NCBI GenBank assembly: GCA_016844545.1
Contig: JAENJC010000001.1
Coordinates: 1-33,472, forward strand
Direction: 5' to 3'
Origin: Deltaproteobacteria bacterium
GTDB taxonomy: Bacteria; Desulfobacterota; JAENJC01
DNA: 33,472 nt
A model generated the notes under the pieces. That model had not been told where the DNA came from and ran no database searches. It saw only the letters and a program-made list of their open reading frames with translations. Of this stretch, positions 8,416 to 14,528 are shown piece by piece (positions within the stretch are counted from its first letter, which is position 1; every line of letters starts with the position of its first letter). Position numbers and translations under genes: made by a program.

Positions 8416-9270
8416 TCACTGTTTTTTATTCCTCTTGTCCACCTCAACAAAGGCATAGGCACTGTGGTTGTGGATACTCTCCATATTTTCACATCCCACC
8501 TGAAACCATGTGATATTACGGTCTTTACTAAGCCGGGACGCCACCTCCCTGACTATATCCTCAACAAACATAGGTTTTTCGTAGGCCTGCTCTGTCACAA
8601 ACTTCTCATCCGGCCTTTTTAAAAGGGAATATACCTCGGAACTCCCCGAATCCTCAACTATCCTTATTATATCCTCCATCCAGATAAACTTCTTGAACCT
8701 GACGGACACGGAAACGATGCTCCTCTGGTTATGAGCCCCGTGAAGACTTATCTCCTTTGAGCACGGACAAACGCTTGTAACCGGGACAACTATCCCTACA
8801 TAGAAATCCTTTTCATCATCGCTGGCCGACCCTGAGAACCTGCATATGTAATCCATCAGGCTCTTTGCCTTCGATACCGGGGCCTCTTTTTCAATGAAAT
8901 AGGGGTATTCTATCTCCATATGGGCAGACTTGGCATTCAGCTTCTTCCTGATCTCTGCAAGGATATCAAAGAAGTTCTTTATGCTTATCTCTCGCCGATA
9001 TTCATTTAGCACCTCAACGAACCTGCTCATATGGGTCCCCTTGAAATGATGAGGGAGGTCCACATACATGTTTATGCTGGCTATAGTGTGCTGAGTGCCA
9101 TTTACCTTGTCAAGGACTACTATAGGGTATTTGATGTCCTTTACCCCAACCTTGTCTATCTGGATATTCCTTGTATCAGGAAGGCTCTGGATATCCTTCA
9201 TTGGGATATGAAGAGGCGAAATGTTCTCTTTTTTTACACTCTTACTCTTCATAGTACGAGGCACAGGCAT
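8416..9270 (-). CDS. folE2: GTP cyclohydrolase IB (FolE2/MptA type)
   Basis: IDKVGVKDIKYPIVV, GTHMSRF, VCPCSKEIS..GAHNQRS motifs. Maximal ORF given. The canonical-looking start MKDIQSLPD.. is at 9201. Confidence 0.85.
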   Translation of the reverse strand: MPVPRTMKSKSVKKENISPLHIPMKDIQSLPDTRNIQIDKVGVKDIKYPIVVLDKVNGTQHTIASINMYVDLPHHFKGTHMSRFVEVLNEYRREISIKNFFDILAEIRKKLNAKSAHMEIEYPYFIEKEAPVSKAKSLMDYICRFSGSASDDEKDFYVGIVVPVTSVCPCSKEISLHGAHNQRSIVSVSVRFKKFIWMEDIIRIVEDSGSSEVYSLLKRPDEKFVTEQAYEKPMFVEDIVREVASRLSKDRNITWFQVGCENMESIHNHSAYAFVEVDKRNKKQ

Positions 9271-9613
9271 TCTCCGACTCCCAGACAGTGACCTTGCTTA
9301 CCTTTACAGGATAATGGATTAACCCCTCAGAAAGGCGCTTAAACAGGTACCTTGCCATATTCTCCGAGGAGGGATTGATCTCTGTAAAGGGTTCAATCTC
9401 ATTGAGATACTTATGATCAAGCTCATCTATTATACCCCTTGTCTTTTCCTTCAGTATCTTGAAGTCAAGTGCAAGGCCTATGGAATCTAAGCTATCGGCC
9501 TTTACAAATACGTCAACCCTCCAGTTATGTCCGTGCAGCCTTTCACATGCGCCCTCATAATCCCTTAGATTGTGGGCTGATGCAAAAGATGTCTTTATCA
9601 TCAATTCATACAT
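9242..9613 (-). CDS. queD: 6-carboxy-5,6,7,8-tetrahydropterin synthase
   Basis: FASAHNLRDYEGACERLHGHNW motif. AAGGAG lies 6 nt upstream of the ATG at 9613. The ORF track extends to 9640. Confidence 0.88.
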   Translation of the reverse strand: MYELMIKTSFASAHNLRDYEGACERLHGHNWRVDVFVKADSLDSIGLALDFKILKEKTRGIIDELDHKYLNEIEPFTEINPSSENMARYLFKRLSEGLIHYPVKVSKVTVWESENACASYYEE

Positions 9614-9651
9614 GGCAAACTCCTTTATTACAGTCAGCACTCGACTTTCGA

Positions 9652-10143
9652 CTATTGACCGTCGACTCTCAATATCCTTATATCAGCCTTTTTCTTTGCC
9701 TCACTCAGCCATTTATCATACCTGCCTGCTGACGTTCCCTCCTTTTGCTCCCTGACCTTGTCAACAACAATTGAAGAGGCGAACTTCCTGGACAGATCCT
9801 TAAGATCCAGTTCGTAAGTCTCTAAAAAAAGGGCAAACTCGCTCCTGGATAGGAATGTTTCCTCGAAGCGTACTATCTCCTTAGTCACATCATCCATGGT
9901 TATGGTCAGACCGAGCCTGCCCGCCTCAGCAGAGACTATCTCTCTTTCTATCAAATAGCTAAGGGCTTCAGCCTTATCAGCACTAACCCCAAACTGCCTT
10001 CTTATGGCCATCTCCTCTTTCAGGTCGCTCATGGTTATCACCTTGTCATTGACAACGGCAACAATCCTTTCCACAACCTCTGCATCGACTGCCACAGAAA
10101 GAGATGCGGCTATAATAAGTATCAGTAGTGTATGTCTGAACAT
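9652..10143 (-). CDS. SurA N-terminal-domain periplasmic chaperone-like protein (no parvulin domain)
   Basis: Signal peptide MFRHTLLILIIAASLSVAVDA, then RIVAVVNDKVIT..L and a SurA-like tail (WLSEAKKKADIRIL). Start chosen at 10143; the ORF extends to 10167. Confidence 0.6.
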   Translation of the reverse strand: MFRHTLLILIIAASLSVAVDAEVVERIVAVVNDKVITMSDLKEEMAIRRQFGVSADKAEALSYLIEREIVSAEAGRLGLTITMDDVTKEIVRFEETFLSRSEFALFLETYELDLKDLSRKFASSIVVDKVREQKEGTSAGRYDKWLSEAKKKADIRILRVDGQ

Positions 10144-10217
10144 AGCAAGGGTGAGTAAAATTAACACATTACCGTTTTCATTGTCAAATTCAATGTCTCT
10201 GGCAAAATCCTTTTCAC

Positions 10218-10245
10218 TTGCATTATTTATTTAAAGGTTTAAAAT
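10218..10245 (+). promoter_or_regulatory. Sigma70-like promoter TTGCAT-16-TAAAAT, 6 nt before the nfeD ATG (possible leaderless mRNA)
   Basis: Hexamers read directly. There is no SD between the -10 box and the ATG at 10252. Confidence 0.45.
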
Positions 10246-10251
10246 TCCGCT

Positions 10252-11544
10252 ATGTTCAATAAGAGAATTCCGTTCCTTCTGACAGCCGCGTCGATCCTCT
10301 TCCTCTTTAGTATACTTAATGCTGAGGAAAGACAGGTACGCGTAATAAAGGTACAGGCAGCCATAAATCCAACCATAGCAGAATTCGTCACAAGTTCCAT
10401 AAAAAAAGCGGCAGTGTCGGGAGATGAGGCGATTATAATTGAACTCGATACCCCCGGAGGGCTCGATACGTCCATGAGAGAGATAGTAAAAGAGCTTCTC
10501 TCCCCTCCCCTTCCTGTAATAGTCTACGTCCATCCAGGAGGCGGAAGGGCGGCGTCTGCCGGGGCACTGATAACTATGGCAGCCAATATTGCGGCCATGA
10601 CCCACGGAACTAACATAGGGGCAGCACACCCTGTGAATATGGGCGGTGGTGAGGTCAGCAAGGAGATGAACGAGAAGATCACAAACGATGCAGTGGCATA
10701 TATAAAAGGCCTGGCGGAAAAGCGCGGAAGAAATGCAGAGTGGGCTGTAAAGGCCGTAAAGGAGAGCGCTTCTATCCCTGCTGAAGAGGCCCTGAAGATC
10801 AATGTAATCGATATCATTGCCGGAGACCTTGATGACCTCCTGAATCAGACAGACGGCAGGAAGGTTCTAACCGCCAAGGGAGAAACAATTCTTCATACAA
10901 AAGGTATAAAGATAGTAAGGGAAGAGATGGGATTTGGTCAAAGGATTCTTAATGTTATTAGCGACCCGAATGTTGCATACATCCTGATGATGCTTGGTCT
11001 TTTAGGCCTTTACTTTGAACTCTCAAATCCAGGTGCGATATTCCCCGGAGTCATGGGCGCCATATGCCTCATCCTTGCCTTCTATGCCTTCCAGACCATC
11101 CCTGTGAACTATGCCGGGGTCCTCCTGATTCTACTGTCTATCATACTATTCGTGGCTGAGGCAATGGTCACGAGTTATGGGATCCTTGCTATAGGAGGGA
11201 TAGTTGCCATGTTCCTCGGTTCCATCATGCTGTTTGATTCCCCTCTCCCATACCTTAGAGCATCTCTTCTGGTAATAATCCCTACCGTCCTTACTACTGC
11301 CGGGCTCTTCATACTGGCAATAACTTATGCCATAAGGGCCCAGTTCAGGAAGACGGAAACCGGGGCAGAGGGAATGATAGGTCAGGTTGGCGAGGCCAGA
11401 AGCAGGATATCCCCAACAGGAAAGGTATTTGTGGCTGGGGAATACTGGGATGCGGAGAGCGAAGAGGTCATAGAGGAAGGGGAGAAGGTCAGGGTCATAG
11501 CCCTGAAAGGCTTGAAACTTAAGGTTTCCAAGGTGGCAAAATGA
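10252..11544 (+). CDS. nfeD: NfeD-family membrane-bound ClpP-class serine protease (long form)
   Basis: 430 aa: signal/TM, ClpP-like domain (ELDTPGG..AASAGALI), several TM segments, and a C-terminal OB-like domain (GKVFVAGEYWDAES..KVRV). Confidence 0.88.
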   Translation: MFNKRIPFLLTAASILFLFSILNAEERQVRVIKVQAAINPTIAEFVTSSIKKAAVSGDEAIIIELDTPGGLDTSMREIVKELLSPPLPVIVYVHPGGGRAASAGALITMAANIAAMTHGTNIGAAHPVNMGGGEVSKEMNEKITNDAVAYIKGLAEKRGRNAEWAVKAVKESASIPAEEALKINVIDIIAGDLDDLLNQTDGRKVLTAKGETILHTKGIKIVREEMGFGQRILNVISDPNVAYILMMLGLLGLYFELSNPGAIFPGVMGAICLILAFYAFQTIPVNYAGVLLILLSIILFVAEAMVTSYGILAIGGIVAMFLGSIMLFDSPLPYLRASLLVIIPTVLTTAGLFILAITYAIRAQFRKTETGAEGMIGQVGEARSRISPTGKVFVAGEYWDAESEEVIEEGEKVRVIALKGLKLKVSKVAK

Positions 11545-12131
11545 AGCCGCTCTGGTCAATAGCTCTATTATTATTGCTTTGGAGCGGTATTTCTAATGCT
11601 GACACGTATAAGTATATAGACGATAAGGGAACTCCCACCTTCACTGACGATATCAAGAGTATCCCCGAAAGATACAGGAAAAAAGCGGTACTTTTAAAAA
11701 ACGATGATGAAAAGGTCACAATATTAACGCCTCCTCTGGCAGACAAAATAGATGAGTCACTCCTCCCACAAAAGGAAGCGGCGAGAGACACGGCAGAGAT
11801 ATCTTCTGCTAATAATCAGACCCTTGAGCCTCAGAATCAGGGTTTTCCTTACCTGAATGTTGCAATAATCTCATCAATCTTCTTAGGCACACTTATCTCA
11901 GCGGTCTTTGTAGACAACAGGATATTTAAAAAGATTCTGAATATTGTCAGCCTCGCATCCATGCTCACCCTCCTCGTCTACATCTCGACATTCTTTGTCT
12001 CCAGGCATATGCATACACTAAAAAAGGCTTCAACCGAGATGGCAGATACATTGAAGAAGAAAGAGGCTCAAAAGGAGAAGGAGATTCAGAAGGTGCTTGG
12101 AGACGAAAAGCCGTTAGAAGGGAACCGATAA
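11541..12131 (+). CDS. DUF4124-like secreted/membrane protein
   Basis: Signal peptide followed by YKYIDDKGTPTFTDDIKSIP (DUF4124-type motif), TM segments and a lysine-rich tail. ATGA overlap with the nfeD stop. Confidence 0.65.
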   Translation: MKPLWSIALLLLLWSGISNADTYKYIDDKGTPTFTDDIKSIPERYRKKAVLLKNDDEKVTILTPPLADKIDESLLPQKEAARDTAEISSANNQTLEPQNQGFPYLNVAIISSIFLGTLISAVFVDNRIFKKILNIVSLASMLTLLVYISTFFVSRHMHTLKKASTEMADTLKKKEAQKEKEIQKVLGDEKPLEGNR

Positions 12132-12270
12132 ATTTGCAAAACAAACATCCTTGACTGTCTGTACTGTTTTATCATATGAGTGCGTAATAAATTATAATAC
12201 ACTTTGAATATAAGTTTGAAGATATACATAAAAAGCTGCATAAAGTCGTAAAAGGATAAAATTATACCTA

Positions 12271-12288
12271 TTCTACGTATACGTAGAA
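12271..12288. promoter_or_regulatory. 18-bp perfect palindrome TTCTACGTA|TACGTAGAA upstream of the islet ORF (candidate operator)
   Basis: Read directly, 33 nt upstream of the ATG at 12321. The function is inferred only. Confidence 0.4.
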
Positions 12289-12320
12289 AAAACACTGTTA
12301 TGTGTTTAGGAAACGGCAAA

Positions 12321-12851
12321 ATGACGACTGATACAAATAAGAATTGGCAAGCTATCATCGGCTTAGTTTCTGAAATGAAACGATGTGATGAATGCGGCTT
12401 TACAACTGCCTCAGTCGCAATGGCTTTCATCTGTATCGATACTCTCGCGAGTCTTGGCAGGCCTCAAGATAAACAAAAAGTTACTCGCCCTGATTTCAAA
12501 GAATGGGTTGATACACACCTTAAAGCTCATCCAGATCAGCCATATCAATATAGAGGTAAAGACGTTTATGCTGCTCGCTGCGCTTTTCTCCACACGTATG
12601 GGTCAGAAGCTGAATTACATAAAGAAGATCCTGACACTATAAAATTTGCCTATCACAATGGCGGTAAGCATAAATATAACCCAACCATAGATCAGGGGCT
12701 TGTGCTCATTGGCACTAAGTCTTTCATAAATGATGTGGTATGCGCAGTTGAGTCGTTCCTTAAAACATGTCAGAGCGAAGCGCCATTGAGGGATCGTGTA
12801 GAAGAACGCCTTCCTGGTGTTCTACAAACAATGCCATTACCTTCGCAATGA
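12321..12851 (+). CDS. Hypothetical protein with an Rx4H motif (possible HEPN-like fold)
   Basis: The ORF is open from 12300. AGGAA lies 7 nt upstream of the ATG at 12321. RCAFLH is encoded at 12576-12593. The region is AT-rich and I recognise no homologue. Confidence 0.6.
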   Translation: MTTDTNKNWQAIIGLVSEMKRCDECGFTTASVAMAFICIDTLASLGRPQDKQKVTRPDFKEWVDTHLKAHPDQPYQYRGKDVYAARCAFLHTYGSEAELHKEDPDTIKFAYHNGGKHKYNPTIDQGLVLIGTKSFINDVVCAVESFLKTCQSEAPLRDRVEERLPGVLQTMPLPSQ

Positions 12852-12858
12852 TTTATAC

Positions 12859-12957
12859 ACATAACAAGCGGCTCCATACAGATGCTTACTGTCATGTCCC
12901 TTGCATATAACCCGCAAGGCCCATGCCAGACGCACAAGGTGAGCCTTAACGTTAGAA
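12859..12957 (+). mobile_element. Candidate integron attC-type site (imperfect 99-nt hairpin with ACATAAC ... GTTAGAA ends)
   Basis: Pairings seen: TAAC/GTTA, AAG/CTT and GCTC/GAGC, then 13 of 16 pairs between 12889-12904 and 12914-12929 around a 9-nt loop (12905-12913). CG (12869-70) and AAC (12948-50) are unpaired. GTTATGT at 12297-12303 is the exact complement of ACATAAC. Confidence 0.35.
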
Positions 12958-13028
12958 GAAATACAAAACTCAGAGATATTATATAGTGTATTCAAAAGAG
13001 GATGCCGTGTATTCAATGAAAAAGTTTA

Positions 13029-13060
13029 GTAGGTCGGGTAGAGCAACGCGAAACCCGACA
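13029..13060. repeat. REP (left): GTAGGTCGGGTAGAGCAACGCGAAACCCGACA
   Basis: Internal hairpin GTCGGGT..ACCCGAC with a 5' GTAG. It is the inverted copy of 13665-13696, with 31 of 32 positions matching. Confidence 0.8.
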
Positions 13061-13112
13061 GAATAGACACAATAGACACAATTCCTATGATTGATGATCC
13101 TGTTGAGGAATC

Positions 13113-13655
13113 ATGCAATACCGGAGATCGCTGGCAAAAGGGGCAACGTTCTTTTTTACGGTCGTAACGCACAACCGACGCACTATTCTCTGTCATGAAT
13201 CTAACGTCATACTGATGCGTGAAGCCTTTCAAAATGTCATCATACGGCATCCCTTTACCATTGACGCCTTTGTGTTGCTGCCTGAACATCTGCATTGCAT
13301 TTGGACCTTGCCGGAAAATGATAACGATTTCTCGATGCGCTGGCGGCAGATCAAAAGTTATTTCAGCAGACGATGCGGGGATGAATTCAAAGGCCGGCAA
13401 ACGACTGCCCACCTAAAGAGAGGTGAGCAAGCTGTCTGGCAACAGCGTTTCTGGGAACACCAGATCAGAGATGACCATGATTTTATCAGGCATGTCGATT
13501 ATATCCATTATAATCCCGTAAAGCATGGTTTGGTGAAGTCACCCATTGCATGGCCGCATTCCACATTTCAACGTTATGTGAAGCAGGGTATTTATCACAG
13601 CGATTGGGGAACAGATGAAAAGATTGTATTCGAGCCGAAGGTGGGAAGTGAGTAA
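13113..13655 (+). CDS. REP-associated tyrosine transposase (RAYT; IS200/IS605-like Y1 HUH transposase)
   Basis: 180 aa. HUH motif in LLPEHLHCIW and the Tyr motif YIHYNPVKHGLV. Flanked by inverted REPs. Confidence 0.88.
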   Translation: MQYRRSLAKGATFFFTVVTHNRRTILCHESNVILMREAFQNVIIRHPFTIDAFVLLPEHLHCIWTLPENDNDFSMRWRQIKSYFSRRCGDEFKGRQTTAHLKRGEQAVWQQRFWEHQIRDDHDFIRHVDYIHYNPVKHGLVKSPIAWPHSTFQRYVKQGIYHSDWGTDEKIVFEPKVGSE

Positions 13656-13664
13656 GACAAATGA

Positions 13665-13696
13665 TGTCGGGTTTCGCTTTGCTCTACCCGACCTAC
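13665..13696. repeat. REP (right), inverted copy of 13029-13060
   Basis: The reverse complement of TGTCGGGTTTCGCTTTGCTCTACCCGACCTAC matches the left REP except for one base. Confidence 0.8.
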
Positions 13697-13766
13697 CTAC
13701 TGCGGCTTTACGTGAGAAAAAAGGTTTTTACGATTTCATCAATAATTAATTCAAAGGAGGTTAATC

Positions 13767-14528
13767 ATGGAAATGCTTACAATACCATTTTTAGTAGTAA
13801 TAGGTGTGGTCATATTCATACTGGCCAACTCCGTCAGGGTGCTGAACGAGTATGAGAGAGGGGTAATATTCAGACTGGGTCGGGCCATAGGGGCCAAGGG
13901 GCCGGGGCTTATAATACTCATACCTGTCATAGACAAGATGGTGAAGGTGGATTTGAGGACAGTTACAATGGACGTGCCTCCCCAGGAGGTCATTACAAGG
14001 GACAACGTATCCGTAAAGGTAAATGCAGTGGTCTACTTCAGGGCGCTGGACCCTATGAAGGCTGTCTTGAGCGTTGAGAACTACCTATACGCCACATCCC
14101 AGCTTGCCCAGACGACCCTTCGAAGCGTATGCGGGCAGGGAGAGATGGACGACCTGCTTTCGGAAAGAGAAAAGATAAACAAACAGCTTCAGGAGATTCT
14201 GGACAGGCAGACTGAACCGTGGGGGGTGAAGATAAGCGCGGTGGAGATAAAAGGGATAGACCTTCCTGATGAGATGAAGAGGGCCATGGCGAAGCAGGCG
14301 GAGGCTGAGAGGGAGAAGAGGGCAAAGATAATCCACTCTGCAGGGGAGTACGAGGCAGCTGCTAATCTGGCAAAGGCCGCTGATATGATATCCATGAACC
14401 CTGTAACACTTCAGCTAAGGTATCTCCAGACCTTAACCGAGATAGCAGTAGAAAAGAACTCAACGATACTCTTCCCATTACCGATGGATCTGCTAAAACC
14501 GTTTTTAAACCTTGGGGAAAAGAAGTGA
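13767..14528 (+). CDS. SPFH-domain stomatin/prohibitin homologue
   Basis: 253 aa. N-terminal TM, then [29 protein letters not shown], followed by a coiled AEAEREKRA region. AAGGAGG lies 6 nt upstream of the ATG. Confidence 0.9.
   Translation: MEMLTIPFLVVIGVVIFILANSVRVLNEYERGVIFRLGRAIGAKGPGLIILIPVIDKMVKVDLRTVTMDVPPQEVITRDNVSVKVNAVVYFRALDPMKAVLSVENYLYATSQLAQTTLRSVCGQGEMDDLLSEREKINKQLQEILDRQTEPWGVKISAVEIKGIDLPDEMKRAMAKQAEAEREKRAKIIHSAGEYEAAANLAKAADMISMNPVTLQLRYLQTLTEIAVEKNSTILFPLPMDLLKPFLNLGEKK

Noticed and set aside
12131-12296. A second attC site upstream that would supply the R'' partner for GTTATGT (ACATAAA at ~12226-12232)
   Set aside because: Apart from the 6-of-7 match, the intervening sequence does not fold as an R''-L''...L'-R' imperfect palindrome. 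The 18-bp palindrome is off-centre. So there is no evidence for a cassette array.
13026-13412. 128-aa minus-strand ORF, and a 64-aa plus-strand ORF at 13661-13855 (MMSGFALLYPTY..)
   Set aside because: The first is antisense to the RAYT gene. The second starts inside the right REP and runs into the stomatin gene in another frame. REP hairpins commonly create such spurious ORFs.
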